From the sequence record OX016465: 64,000 bases of DNA; one strand, written 5' to 3'. The notes beneath the pieces were generated by a model, which worked only from the letters and a program-made list of their open reading frames with translations, did no database searches and was not told the origin of the DNA. The stretch's first letter is position 1. Every line of letters begins with the position of its first letter. A program made the translations under genes and the position numbers. The DNA comes from Escherichia phage vB_Eco_Tribble. This document shows positions 47,001 through 58,144 of the stretch, piece by piece.

Positions 47001-47330
47001 TTAATCTGCCAACCTTAAATTGAAATTAACACCAAATTTTTCGCATACTTCCAACATATACTCAAGGGAGACGTTACCAGTGAGGTGGATTATGTTGGAT
47101 ACACGAGCCTGAGAGATACCACAAATTTTAGCGACTTGCTCTTGAGAAAGACCTCTGGATTTAATCTCTCTCTTAAAACGATGTGCAACGAAGTCTCTCA
47201 TTTCGTCTACATCCATTGGACAAATATAACTCTCCATTTCAGCCTCTCTATCAGCCTCCCAATCATCTTGTGGAGCATAAGGGTCAAAAACCTCATTCAT
47301 CTTTCTTCTTCCGTTTGCGTGAAGTGTCAA
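47001..47330 (-). CDS. helix-turn-helix DNA-binding protein (109 aa)
   Basis: LSQEQVAKICGISQARVSNI resembles an XRE-type HTH. Confidence 0.55.
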   Translation of the reverse strand: MTLHANGRRKMNEVFDPYAPQDDWEADREAEMESYICPMDVDEMRDFVAHRFKREIKSRGLSQEQVAKICGISQARVSNIIHLTGNVSLEYMLEVCEKFGVNFNLRLAD

Positions 47331-47505
47331 TCAATGAATCTATGTTTGTAGCCCTAACCTTTTCACGTTCATCGTTAAGATAATCATCAAGAGCCTTTTC
47401 AATCTGTGAATCATCTTGACAGATAACTGTAAAGACTGTAAAGCCGTCTGTATCGTCAATTATCTTACCATAACCGCTTCTGGGATGTAACTTTTTAAGA
47501 GCCAT
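47293..47505 (-). CDS. hypothetical protein (70 aa)
   Basis: ORF track. Confidence 0.45.
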   Translation of the reverse strand: MALKKLHPRSGYGKIIDDTDGFTVFTVICQDDSQIEKALDDYLNDEREKVRATNIDSLIDTSRKRKKKDE

Positions 47506-47506
47506 A

Positions 47507-47890
47507 TTAGATACCTGTGCAGCTTCTGTTTTCTAAGAAATACTCAACACCATACATAGCTTTTTGCATCAAATCTTCTTTAAACTGGATACGGTGGTTG
47601 AGCATAGCCTGTATATCAATATCATCACGGTGTTTCTCTTTAATGTTTGCAGATTGCAGGAAATACTCTGCAAGAACACGATACTGGTAGTCAGTCACCT
47701 TATCAGTCATCTCTGTTAAAGACTCTTCAGAGATTGGTTTAAGTAGCTCACCATTCGCTAGAGCAACACCCTTTACAATCTGACAAGTATCCTCTGGGAC
47801 GCCTGATAAGTTCACATTTGGTAGTTCTGTTGAATGAACTGGTAAACTCATTGTCATAACCATTGCAGCAGCTAATAAAATCTTTTTCAT
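47507..47890 (-). CDS. secreted/periplasmic protein with signal peptide (127 aa)
   Basis: N-terminal MKKILLAAAMVMTMSLPVHS. Confidence 0.55.
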   Translation of the reverse strand: MKKILLAAAMVMTMSLPVHSTELPNVNLSGVPEDTCQIVKGVALANGELLKPISEESLTEMTDKVTDYQYRVLAEYFLQSANIKEKHRDDIDIQAMLNHRIQFKEDLMQKAMYGVEYFLENRSCTGI

Positions 47891-47984
47891 AATGACCTCA
47901 AAGTTATATTAAATTTTGTATTACGTTGAGTATAAAAATAAGCTATAACACCTGACTTGTCAACAGACTTTATAGCTTATTTGG

Positions 47985-48110
47985 CAGATTTTTTATAAGG
48001 CTACTGCCATCCTTCCATACCTTACCTTACCACACCTAACCATACCTAACCAAACTACACCATACAATACCTTGTTAAAAGACCCTCTTAAAGACCTTTT
48101 AAAAAGGAGC
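47985..48110. promoter_or_regulatory. conserved CA-rich intergenic element, copy 1
   Basis: ccatacc/ccaaac repeats followed by TTAAAAGACCCTCTTAAAGACCTTTTAAAAAGG; second copy at about 49255-49390. Confidence 0.45.
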
Positions 48111-48134
48111 CTCCGAAGAGGCTGCCTAGTCAAC

Positions 48135-48575
48135 TTAGAAAGGTTTTCTACGTTGCTTGTTAATGTTAGCTTTCATAGCAGCTAAATGGTTTTGCTGTTC
48201 AATTAGTCGTGAACGTTCTTGATGGCTAAGTGCCATAGTGTTCACATTCTCAATTGCTTGAGTGGCTTGCTTTAAAGCTCGACCAATCTTACCAGACATT
48301 TTACGTTTTGCAATAGTTGCTTGATGCTTAGGTTCAACCACACGATAACCAACACCCATTGAAGCAACCAGATAAATCTTCTCTTCTTTAAGAAGCTTCT
48401 CAATAAACTTCTCAAGTCGGTTTAGACGTGTAAGCGCATAAGCCTTCATTTCATCTTCGTACTTAACAATGTCACCTTGATAAGTTGGCTTCACAATACC
48501 TAAGAAGGTGTCCATCTCAGAATGTGATACAGTGTCACCGTAACTAAACTTTGCTGCTAATGCTTTCGTATTCAT
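48135..48575 (-). CDS. hypothetical protein (146 aa)
   Basis: ORF track. Confidence 0.55.
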   Translation of the reverse strand: MNTKALAAKFSYGDTVSHSEMDTFLGIVKPTYQGDIVKYEDEMKAYALTRLNRLEKFIEKLLKEEKIYLVASMGVGYRVVEPKHQATIAKRKMSGKIGRALKQATQAIENVNTMALSHQERSRLIEQQNHLAAMKANINKQRRKPF

Positions 48576-48577
48576 AA

Positions 48578-49183
<606 letters not shown>

Positions 49184-49254
49184 TTAGTTGATTGTTAAGT
49201 TGTTTGTAAAGAACCCTCAACAGAAGACTCTTTAGAAACTTGGTAGATTTTTAA

Positions 49255-49390
49255 CGTGGCTACTACCATCCACCCATACCTCACATCACCATACCATACC
49301 TGACCGGACCTAACCAAACTCCACAGCACCATACATCACATCACACAACCTTATTAAAAGACCCTGTTTAAAGACCTTTTAAAAAGGTAA
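49255..49390. promoter_or_regulatory. conserved CA-rich intergenic element, copy 2
   Basis: same ccatacc-type repeats and TTAAAAGACCCTGTTTAAAGACCTTTTAAAAAGG block as 47985-48110. Confidence 0.45.
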
Positions 49391-49731
49391 GTCTCATTTT
49401 AATGTAGCTGAGACTAACTACCCATACCAAACAGCACCGCACTATGCCTTACCCCACCTCACCGAGCCTCGCCCCACATCACTTAAAAAACCCTTTTCAA
49501 AGACTCTTAAGTGATGTTGGTGAGTACCCGTTGGTTTATGCTGCTCAGTATACTCACCAAATTTTCTATGTCAACAACTTTTTATAAAAAAGTTCTGATA
49601 GCTATATGTGTCACGAAACAAAAGATTGTAAACAAGACACCTATTGCAAAAGATGTGTCCAAAAGCTTACTTGCAACGTATGACAATACAAAGACAACCA
49701 GTATAAACAGAATGACTGTACTGAACATAGT

Positions 49732-50868
49732 TTATTCATAATCCCTAATAACTAGCCCTACAGGGAACTGTAAAGACCCCTTACGAGTCATCTTCTGGAA
49801 CTGAACCGTTAAAGGTTTCCCGATAAACTCTTCAGGGTGTTCAGCAAGATACTGTTTCTTCTCGTGACTAGTCTTCCATGAAACATCTACAAAGACGTTA
49901 GGAAGAGTCTCTACAACGAACTTACCATGACCACGCTTATCGGTCTTGACACCAGTCACTTTAAACTCTTCAGTGTGCATCTTCTTGTGCTTAATCAAGA
50001 AGTATGAACGGTGACAACACTCATAGAAGGAGTCTTCAGAGATTGAACGGTACATTGCACCTTCAAACTTAGATTCAACCCACTTATCATGAGCTTCATC
50101 AAACTCTTCCCAAGAATTTACACGGATAGTCTGTACAGGAACAACTCTACAGGTATCCCCAAGCTCAACAATAGGTGAGTTATCAATAACTTCACGACGT
50201 TCAGGCCAAGATTTTGAATTGTCGCAGATATCATACCAGTAGAATTTAAGAAGGTGACGGTCTGGATTGTCAGCATTCTTAATCATAGACACAATATCTT
50301 CTAAGTCCCAACCATGAGCATAAATCTCACCATCAAAGTCTTCGACTTGTGGATGCAATTTAAGCAACAAAAGCAAATCTGGGATTAGTTCTGCTGGGAC
50401 GTTGTAAATAGTATTCTCACGAGAATAAGCCGTGAAGCTAACTAAATCAGCATCTCTTGAGATTCTACAACGTACACCATCAAGTTTTGGTTGAGCATCA
50501 GCAGGGAACTTCAGATACTTTGCATGACTAACCTTTGCAGCATCATGAGCAAGCTGTACACCTACCTTCTCAGTATTCTGTGCAGACTCTTTTGTGTAAG
50601 CATAACCTTTACGGTCAACTTGCTTTTTATACTTAGCAGCAACTTCAAAGAGAGCTTGCTGTTCAGCGTTACGCTCATTCTTTTTACCGATGTTCTTAGG
50701 CTCTGCTGTATACTCTTCAAACATCATCTTGCCATTTTCTTTACCATAGGTTGTAATAACTTTGTCACCTATAGCACCGCATGACCAGATGTTGAAGGAA
50801 CCGTCTTTATTTTGTTTGTACAGTGTTGTCATTTTTAACCTCTGAGTGATACCAAGAGTTGCAAGCAT
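49732..50868 (-). CDS. ATP-dependent DNA ligase
   Basis: adenylation motif KLDGVR, DGEIY, FEGAMY and LIKHKK motifs in ligase order; alternative start at 50832 has the better RBS. Confidence 0.8.
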   Translation of the reverse strand: MLATLGITQRLKMTTLYKQNKDGSFNIWSCGAIGDKVITTYGKENGKMMFEEYTAEPKNIGKKNERNAEQQALFEVAAKYKKQVDRKGYAYTKESAQNTEKVGVQLAHDAAKVSHAKYLKFPADAQPKLDGVRCRISRDADLVSFTAYSRENTIYNVPAELIPDLLLLLKLHPQVEDFDGEIYAHGWDLEDIVSMIKNADNPDRHLLKFYWYDICDNSKSWPERREVIDNSPIVELGDTCRVVPVQTIRVNSWEEFDEAHDKWVESKFEGAMYRSISEDSFYECCHRSYFLIKHKKMHTEEFKVTGVKTDKRGHGKFVVETLPNVFVDVSWKTSHEKKQYLAEHPEEFIGKPLTVQFQKMTRKGSLQFPVGLVIRDYE

Positions 50869-51025
50869 TACATGCGTAAAGCTCTAAGTCATTTTTATCC
50901 GGTTTATGAAAACAGTTTGCTCCGCAGTGGCAACGAAATGGCTTTCCACCAACTGTCAGGACGAAGGACTGAATCTTTCCATCAGGAGTTCGTACAGCAT
51001 TTTTATGCTTATCTTCTTTGTTCAT
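50807..51025 (-). CDS. zinc-finger protein (72 aa)
   Basis: CHCGANC...CNAC cysteine pairs. Confidence 0.5.
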   Translation of the reverse strand: MNKEDKHKNAVRTPDGKIQSFVLTVGGKPFRCHCGANCFHKPDKNDLELYACNACNSWYHSEVKNDNTVQTK

Positions 51026-51279
51026 TTCCTCTTACCACCAATCTCTACGTCAATAACTTGAACATCGCCAGCAACATCAAACTTATGAATGATGCTTTCC
51101 ACAGTGTAAGTCCAATCCTCAATGCGAACCAACTCACCTTCTCGTGGGACGATTGGATTACGTTGAGCTACCGTTGTAGTGGAGTGAACAACATCATAAC
51201 GATAGATATAGTTTACTAATACTTCCATCGTTAAAACCTCACTCAATAACCGTAGTATGTGATTGACCATTTTTGCCAT
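51022..51279 (-). CDS. hypothetical protein (85 aa)
   Basis: ORF track. Confidence 0.5.
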   Translation of the reverse strand: MAKMVNHILRLLSEVLTMEVLVNYIYRYDVVHSTTTVAQRNPIVPREGELVRIEDWTYTVESIIHKFDVAGDVQVIDVEIGGKRK

Positions 51280-51499
51280 AGCTATAAGATGTTGTTGTTT
51301 GAGAATTTGGACATCTTACAACAACAATATCTCTACTTATAGCATCACCATGTAACTTGTACACTCTGCAATCTTGCATCTCTGGTGGGAGGCTGTAAGA
51401 AGCATTCTTATCTTCATAAGAAGGGTTGCAGCCAGATAGAAAAATAACACCAAGTGCAATTACTGCTTTCCACATAATACTCATCCTATTACTGTTCAC
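51239..51499 (-). CDS. small lipoprotein (86 aa)
   Basis: signal peptide with lipobox: MWKAVIALGVIFLSGC. Confidence 0.6.
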   Translation of the reverse strand: MNSNRMSIMWKAVIALGVIFLSGCNPSYEDKNASYSLPPEMQDCRVYKLHGDAISRDIVVVRCPNSQTTTSYSYGKNGQSHTTVIE

Positions 51500-51734
51500 G
51501 ATGTTCTACTTCTCTGTATGTGCGTCGGTAGTTTATGATAAGAGGTGCTAATTCATTGCTTTTAACATTTGAACGTAACAGTTGCCAGTCAAAACCTTTA
51601 GCAACCCTCCCATATAAATTAAATAACTTTACTTTACGTTTCATTTTTTGGTATCCCCAATATTCAGAAGTTAATATTAATACGTTCGCCCTTAAGGACT
51701 CCTGTGCGGTCTCTTGCAATCTTACCGTCAACAA
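51489..51734 (-). CDS. hypothetical protein (81 aa)
   Basis: ORF track; overlaps the next ORF so one of the two may be spurious. Confidence 0.4.
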   Translation of the reverse strand: MLTVRLQETAQESLRANVLILTSEYWGYQKMKRKVKLFNLYGRVAKGFDWQLLRSNVKSNELAPLIINYRRTYREVEHREQ

Positions 51735-51891
51735 TAAGAATATGTGCAGACCTTAAAGAATCATGATTAAAACCTTTTACGAACTTACTAGGCATCACTA
51801 CAATAAGCATCTCCTGAATCAACTCTGGAGTATAACAATTGTTGTGAAGTTGCTGAATAACGTCTGCAAGTGTCATTTTTGATGTCTCCAA
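51664..51891 (-). CDS. hypothetical protein (75 aa)
   Basis: ORF track. Confidence 0.4.
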   Translation of the reverse strand: METSKMTLADVIQQLHNNCYTPELIQEMLIVVMPSKFVKGFNHDSLRSAHILIVDGKIARDRTGVLKGERININF

Positions 51892-52082
51892 TACTCAATA
51901 TCAATAAGTTCTTGTGCAATGCTTTTTAGATTACCTTTCAAGAAAACCTTCTCAGAACCTGAAAGAGATGAATTGTCAATTAACCTGTTCATTCTCTCAA
52001 ACAACTTCTGCTTACGGTTCTTGATAGTTTCCTTTGAAGCACCTTTCATCATCGCTGCATGGGTTCTTCCACGGTGGCTCAT
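51873..52082 (-). CDS. hypothetical basic protein (69 aa)
   Basis: ORF track. Confidence 0.45.
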   Translation of the reverse strand: MSHRGRTHAAMMKGASKETIKNRKQKLFERMNRLIDNSSLSGSEKVFLKGNLKSIAQELIDIEYWRHQK

Positions 52083-52143
52083 AAGCCCTCCTATATAAGA
52101 TATAGTATAAGGTACTCTTCCCTGAGCACCTTGTCAATACTAA

Positions 52144-52707
52144 TCAGTGTACCTCATACCAGCTTTTACCAACCTTACCAGTACCTGTAACAAGTGTTTC
52201 TTTCTTAAGACCTAAGTTCTTAGAAGCTTGTCCATAATACCAGTCAGTAACTGCCTTCACCTCTGCCGTCATACTTTCTGGGCATTCCCAACTTGTCTCG
52301 TCGTGATAGGAGCACAATAAACGAGCACCTATAGCTGGTTTACGACCGTTCAACTTCATCAAACCTTCGTCAATCATACGACGGCAAGCAAGGTTAATTG
52401 CTTCATTCTGAACCTGCGCCTCACTACCCATAAGTGTGTAATTCAATAACTTATGTGGAGATTTACACCATAACCACGCTCCAGCGACCTGAATGTACCC
52501 ACCCTTAGCGATTGCAGCACTCTTGCCGAAAACCTCTTCTAATGCCTTCTTAGTGGCCTTAAAATCGGCTTCTAAGTTATCAAGTAGTTTCTTAATCTTT
52601 GGTAGACGCATATAGTAGGTCTGCTTAGTCAATGCACCTTCCTCTGTAGAAGCTGCCTTAATGGTTTTGGCAAACTTCTCATCACCTGCACCGAACAATA
52701 CATCTGG
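52144..52707 (-). CDS. DNA polymerase (family A, T7-like), C-terminal part / exon 2
   Basis: begins (V)LFGAGDEKFAK, the second half of motif B, and contains motif C region CSYHDE; reading frame closes at a TGA just upstream so it cannot be the continuation of the upstream ORF without splicing. Confidence 0.8.
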   Translation of the reverse strand, partial: PDVLFGAGDEKFAKTIKAASTEEGALTKQTYYMRLPKIKKLLDNLEADFKATKKALEEVFGKSAAIAKGGYIQVAGAWLWCKSPHKLLNYTLMGSEAQVQNEAINLACRRMIDEGLMKLNGRKPAIGARLLCSYHDETSWECPESMTAEVKAVTDWYYGQASKNLGLKKETLVTGTGKVGKSWYEVH

Positions 52708-53507
52708 TCAATACACTCGCAAGGTGTACCAGTTCTCTTATGAACTTCTCCGCATTTCTACGGAGTGTCGGACTATATCACGTAGTAGTAATACTACCGT
52801 TGCACTTGGGAATGGTCATTAGCTTACCACCCTACTCTACTCAGTTCATACATTAAGTATGCTTTTCGATAGTCTCTGAACGTTTCTCTGTTAGGAACTC
52901 TAAAATACTATTATTTACTAAGGTATGCAATTGCTCTCTTCATGTTCTCTATACTATCTGAGAACAGCCCAAGACCTCTGTTACAGTTGTGACACAGCAT
53001 ACCTCTTACCTGTCCTGTTTTGTGGTCATGGTCAACAACCAGCTTGGCTTTATGTCTTGAACCATCCATGATAAAACCTTCACCACCGCAGATTTGACAC
53101 TTGTGACCACACTTACTTAGTAACTCTTCGACCTCTTCTCTTTCTAAGCCGTAAGTCCTTAAGTAATAGTTCTTTACCCTTCCCTTTTCTCCACAAGCAG
53201 AACTGCAATACGTCTGTCTTGCTGTTCTAGGTGTAAACTGGTTATTGCAACTTGGACATATTTTCTCTATGACACGACTTGCTGCTCTTCTGTCTACTTC
53301 AAGAACGCAGTTTCTACAACGTTTTTGATTGTACTGATATGGCTTAAACTCTTCGCCACATCTGGAACAAACTCTTTCTTTATAACCTGCCATTGTCTCT
53401 CTCCCATTTCTACTATAGGAGTCCTAACAGAGACTTCGCTGCTGATTACCATATCTTTTAAGACTTAGGCTTCCAGCAATTCACAACGTTTTACATGCGC
53501 CACTGAC
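52708..53507 (-). mobile_element. probable group I intron (or non-spliced endonuclease insertion) splitting the DNA polymerase gene
   Basis: about 0.8 kb between polymerase motif B halves (..RKKAKNGIY | VLFGAGDEK..), carries an endonuclease ORF in another frame; boundaries approximate. Confidence 0.6.
52911..53393 (-). CDS. endonuclease VII-type HNH endonuclease (homing endonuclease candidate)
   Basis: multiple CxxC pairs and DHDHKTGQVRGMLCHNCNRGLG, the EndoVII/HNH signature; 160 aa. Confidence 0.75.
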   Translation of the reverse strand: MAGYKERVCSRCGEEFKPYQYNQKRCRNCVLEVDRRAASRVIEKICPSCNNQFTPRTARQTYCSSACGEKGRVKNYYLRTYGLEREEVEELLSKCGHKCQICGGEGFIMDGSRHKAKLVVDHDHKTGQVRGMLCHNCNRGLGLFSDSIENMKRAIAYLSK

Positions 53508-55648
53508 GCATAGATACCATTCTTAGCCTTCTTACGGCCTTTAGTTATCTCGTGAAGGAGTTCCTCATCCTGTGTCTCTCTACAACGGATAATATCTTCT
53601 TCTTTGTTCAATGCAAAATAGATACTGTTAAGTGTATGCGCATCAGTACCTGTGTAGACTTCATACAAATCATTATCAGCATCGTAACGACAATATTTAT
53701 CAGCCTCTGGATTTAGGTACTTATCAAGATGCTTGCAGTAGTATCGTCCATCATCCTGTTTAGTGAACTCTACAAACTCTTTACCTTCAGTTACCGCTTT
53801 GGTGAAGTCTTTATCACCCATAAAGTTACACAGTAAAACAAGCTGTGCAGAGTTCTGGTCAACTGAAACGATATTAGTCCCTTCCTCACAAATCCACACC
53901 TCCCTCATAGGTGCTCCATAGACAGCAGCACCAGACGGTACGTTTACAATACCATATTGTGTCATACGTCCAGTTGAAGTACCAAACACCATTGCACCAG
54001 CACTAAGGCGACCATCTGGACGAATCTGGTTCAACCAACCTTTTTCATCATCCTTTGAGTTCTCAATAGTTCTGCGTCGGTGCATCAAAGTATAGTACTT
54101 AGCAATCTTCTGTCCAAGTTCACCTTCAATCGTATCATAAGATGATTCAGTAAGTTTTGGTGAAGTACGGATTAAGCAAGGCTCAAGCAAATCTGTGTAC
54201 TTCTTCACAGACCAGTTATGCTCAATGTACTGTACACCTTCATGTTCAACATAACTCAAACCACACCGCTCAACCATTTCCTGCCACTTAGGATGTTTTG
54301 TAATCATCTTTTTATTGTCTTTGAAACGACAAACTTTGACAGGGCGACCATCAGAGTCTTTCTTGTAGTTCCAGTCATCTGGAATCCAACCAACTGATTT
54401 CAAGTAGTCTTTAACAACTGCTACCTGAGTCATACGAGAAACTTCAAACTCAATTGGTGTATATGGTGCATCAATCAAACCTGTGTAGCGACTTGACTCA
54501 AGTTCAAAGTGGTTAACAACGTGGCTGTTATAATACTTCACAGTTTTAACTGTTTTTACTGGCTTCCAGTCTTTGCATTTCTTACCAATCTTTGCGTTCA
54601 ACTCATTGCAAATTGCACGAGCATCCTTCATTGCTACAAAGCCTTCCTTGTACTCTTCACCAGTTACAGTGTTGGTTGGTGTATAGCAATTCCTTTTTTC
54701 AATGTTAAAAATCTTTGTAGTTGGCTTACCAAATGGTTTGATTTCGTATGTCTGCATCTCGCCATTACGTACCTGCTGACGATACTTTGTCTTAGGGTAC
54801 TTGGTAATTCTTTTCAGTCCATCTGCATGACCAAATGTTTCAACATACTCATTCCAAGCTTTTGCAAACTCTTCTCCAGTAACTTTACCTTTAGTCTTAA
54901 TAGTTGGAGGAAGATGTGGTTCAACTTCTGAAGCAAGCTCATTAGTCAACTTGTCAAGTTCCTTTACATGGAACTCCATAAGCTCTTTATCAGCTTTCCA
55001 ACCATTGATAGCTTGTTGACTCATCCAGAAAGATGTTTCTTTAGCTCGCATGTAAGTTTCATAAGTGTCTATACCACACTTCTTAAGCTTGAGATACTCG
55101 TTATCAAGTGCCCGTTTAGTTTTGGCGTTAATACGGATATCTTCTACAACACGAGTGAAGATTTCTGCATTCCACACACCCCAATGTTCAATCTCTGGTT
55201 TACGGACACCAACACGAGCACCCCATGCAGCCAAACCATGAGCACCTTTATAACCCTTTGGAGTTGGCCTATCCATCCACTGAACACGAGACTGGATAAG
55301 AGAATCCTGAAAGAAATTACTCCACGGCTTACATTTTGGATTATCAAAATTCCATAAATCAGGTGCAATGTGATTGAAAACCCACCAGTCATATCCGAGA
55401 CCATTATGGATGCAAAGACGTTTTGCCTTTAACGCAAACTCAATACCTTCTCGTAAGCCACCCTTAATGTACTTAGTGTACTTGTGACCGAGGATAGGCT
55501 CATCTGTAAAGACCCATACAGGTGGCTCTTCATCGTCAGATTTATAGTCTGCAAAGGCCATTACGTGAACTTTAGTGAACTCAAGGAGTAAACCATCAGT
55601 TTCTGTATCACCAACCAAATGTAAGTTTTTAAAATCTACGTTTTCCAT
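53508..55648 (-). CDS. DNA polymerase (family A, T7-like), N-terminal part / exon 1 with 3'-5' exonuclease domain
   Basis: exo motif VGDTETDGL, motif A-like IVSVDQNSAQLVLLCNF, ends with the first half of motif B (RKKAKNGIY); start trimmed to ATG 55648 after RBS GAGGGAG. Confidence 0.8.
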
Positions 55649-55708
55649 TTTTACTCCCTCTAAAACCATTAACCTCATACATTACTGCAAAAAATTATAA
55701 AAAGCAAG

Positions 55709-55738
55709 TTGACAATGCACTTGACAAGGTGTTAATCT
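55709..55738 (+). promoter_or_regulatory. sigma70-like promoter with tandem TTGACA motif
   Basis: aaaGCAAGTTGACAatgcaCTTGACAAGGTGTTAATCT; near-identical to 13030-13058. Confidence 0.45.
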
Positions 55739-55905
55739 TTGCGAAGTGGGTTTTTACTTAAAAGGTTACTTAACAGTTTAACTATACAGATACTTTAAAA
55801 CTCTTAAAAGATTATTTAATAGCTTTTAAAAAGCTTTAAAGTATAACGTATAGAATACGTTAAGATAAAAGATTAAAACTTAATAGTTACTTAAAAGAGG
55901 CTTAC

Positions 55906-56328
55906 ATGCAGAAAATGTTTGTTCACCCAGACATAGCTGACTTTGTTAGAGCTTTGCAGAAGTTGGAAGAACTTGACATTGCTGCTCAACGGGAATATGC
56001 TCACCATCACAGGAGAATGGTTGATATACAACATGAAATAGAGTTGTCTGAAAACTATGAAGATGACTTGAAATGCTCTGTATTTGAGCATATGAAAGAT
56101 GTTGCTACAGCTAGACGTAAAGCTAAAGACACAGTTGCTTTACTAGATTCTCTTAAAAAGAGGTTGCAAAGTGGTACAGACCTGTGTAATCTAGCGTCAC
56201 TGATTAACGATGTTGAAACTTCTTGGGATAGGCACTATTATCCACGTTCTGAAAAGACACTTGACTTTTCTTCATCCGAAAACTTAAAATGTTCTAGAAA
56301 GAAACTTAACCAACTGAGAGAGAAATAA
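55906..56328 (+). CDS. hypothetical protein (140 aa)
   Basis: ORF track. Confidence 0.55.
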   Translation: MQKMFVHPDIADFVRALQKLEELDIAAQREYAHHHRRMVDIQHEIELSENYEDDLKCSVFEHMKDVATARRKAKDTVALLDSLKKRLQSGTDLCNLASLINDVETSWDRHYYPRSEKTLDFSSSENLKCSRKKLNQLREK

Positions 56329-56329
56329 T

Positions 56330-57130
56330 ATGAATATCGATGTAGAAAAGATGCTTGAAGAAAAAGGTATTGACGAAGCATTTTTAATCAATGCCGTAGA
56401 AAGCATGGCTATGATTCTTCGTGGGAACAACTACACAGAACAGTTTATGCCTGCAAGCTATAATCTGCCTAAAGACAAGTCTGATAACGGTGCTTTTGCA
56501 GAACAGGTCAACATGATGCTGACAGACACTACACTTGCTTTGGCATCTATAGTCGTAGGTGTTGATGCTCTTGCAGAGTTCATTTTTAAGGAGATGCAGA
56601 AAAATGATTATATCTCCCTTAACTCTGAAGAAAAGGACTTGTTACTGTCATTAGGTAATAATGAGTTAATTTCCATGATAATTTCATCAACAAGTGCTGT
56701 TATGGCTGCTCTTGAGAAGCGAATGGAAGAGAAGCTGTCACGATATGAAAAACTTGATTGGGGGGTAGAAGAACTAAACCCACGAATCCAAGAAATTATC
56801 CAGCAAACTAAAGATTCTTTGGAAGAAGCTGTTGAGAATGACTCTGTAGCTGACATCGAACCACTTCAGGTGAAAGTTGCACTGATGATTCCAGCTATCT
56901 CTACGATGATGAATATCGTTGCGCTAGTCCAACTGTCACAGATGATGAGTGTGAGTATTGAGTTCATTGAGGAGATGACTGGTGGTGTCAGTATGCAAGC
57001 AATCAATGATGTTTTGGTGAACATTGGTGCTTCCATCATTGAAGAGAAACTACGCATTAACTTCGGTGATGATTTTGTGAAGCAACTCTCAGCTATGGCT
57101 GAAAAAGAGTCTGCTGAGCAACTGCACTAA
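56330..57130 (+). CDS. hypothetical protein (266 aa)
   Basis: ORF track. Confidence 0.55.
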   Translation: MNIDVEKMLEEKGIDEAFLINAVESMAMILRGNNYTEQFMPASYNLPKDKSDNGAFAEQVNMMLTDTTLALASIVVGVDALAEFIFKEMQKNDYISLNSEEKDLLLSLGNNELISMIISSTSAVMAALEKRMEEKLSRYEKLDWGVEELNPRIQEIIQQTKDSLEEAVENDSVADIEPLQVKVALMIPAISTMMNIVALVQLSQMMSVSIEFIEEMTGGVSMQAINDVLVNIGASIIEEKLRINFGDDFVKQLSAMAEKESAEQLH

Positions 57131-57148
57131 GTCTTTATAAATTTTACA

Positions 57149-57173
57149 AGCCTCCTTAGTTGGGGGCTTTTTA
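57149..57173 (+). terminator. rho-independent terminator
   Basis: AGCCTCC-ttagtt-GGGGGCT followed by TTTT. Confidence 0.55.
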
Positions 57174-57191
57174 GTAATTAAGGAAGTTAAA

Positions 57192-57935
57192 ATGAGTAAT
57201 ATTATTGCATTTACTGGAAAGGCACGTTCTGGAAAAGACACCTCGTGTTCTATTGTGAAGAATATCTTAGAGGATGAGTACGGCTACAATGTTGCAGTAA
57301 TGGCCTATGCGGACAACCTTAAGCTATCTGCATCAAGGATATTTGACCTGACTTGGAATGACCTGTATGGTGAAACTAAAGAGACTCCGCAGGTTTTTGA
57401 CTTATCATATCCTGAACTGTTGTTCAAAGTTACAGAAGCTATGGAGTTTACCTTCAAAGGTGAACGTTACCATATGGATTTTAAGCTTATGTCAGAACTA
57501 ACCGGACGATTAATCATGGAGCTTAAGAAGGTTGCTAAACCGACTCTATTGACACGCCTGGGATTTAGCAACAAGTATAAATTCTCATCAAGACAAATTC
57601 AACAGATTTGGGGCACTGAAGTTATCCGTAAAGTTATGGGTGACAAGTTCTGGGCTAAAGACCTCGAAAAACGAATGGTAAACTTCTTTGATATTTGTTC
57701 ACTTAGAAATCAAGAGGGTGTTGTTTTAATCAGTGATTTAAGATTTGACTCTGAAGCTGAATGGCTGAGTAGATTTGCACACCAAACTATTGAAGTAAAA
57801 AGAAACAATATGGATAAAGTTTCATCACATGTTTCAGAAAATGGGATTTCTACCAAATATGCGCGTGACATTATTCATAATAATGGTACTCTTGAAGACC
57901 TTGAGAGCAAACTAAGAGCCATCCTGAAGATTTAA
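57192..57935 (+). CDS. deoxynucleoside monophosphate kinase
   Basis: N-terminal P-loop IIAFTGKARSGKDT matches the T4 gp1-type dNMP kinase signature. Confidence 0.7.
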   Translation: MSNIIAFTGKARSGKDTSCSIVKNILEDEYGYNVAVMAYADNLKLSASRIFDLTWNDLYGETKETPQVFDLSYPELLFKVTEAMEFTFKGERYHMDFKLMSELTGRLIMELKKVAKPTLLTRLGFSNKYKFSSRQIQQIWGTEVIRKVMGDKFWAKDLEKRMVNFFDICSLRNQEGVVLISDLRFDSEAEWLSRFAHQTIEVKRNNMDKVSSHVSENGISTKYARDIIHNNGTLEDLESKLRAILKI

Positions 57936-57943
57936 AAGAGAGA

Positions 57944-58144
57944 ATGAAGATGAGAGTAAAAGACAATTTTAAAGTTATTGACCACCGTTTAGTGGAACTC
58001 TCATCTCTTTCCAATGAGGTAATGATTGAACGTCTTAAGAGAGTTGAATCACGAAGGAAAGAGATTGCAGATGAAATTCATGAACTGGACAAGATTGAAA
58101 ATGGATTAAAAGCAGAACTACAACGAAGAGGTGCTAATGTCTAA
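57944..58144 (+). CDS. hypothetical coiled-coil protein (66 aa)
   Basis: ORF track. Confidence 0.45.
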   Translation: MKMRVKDNFKVIDHRLVELSSLSNEVMIERLKRVESRRKEIADEIHELDKIENGLKAELQRRGANV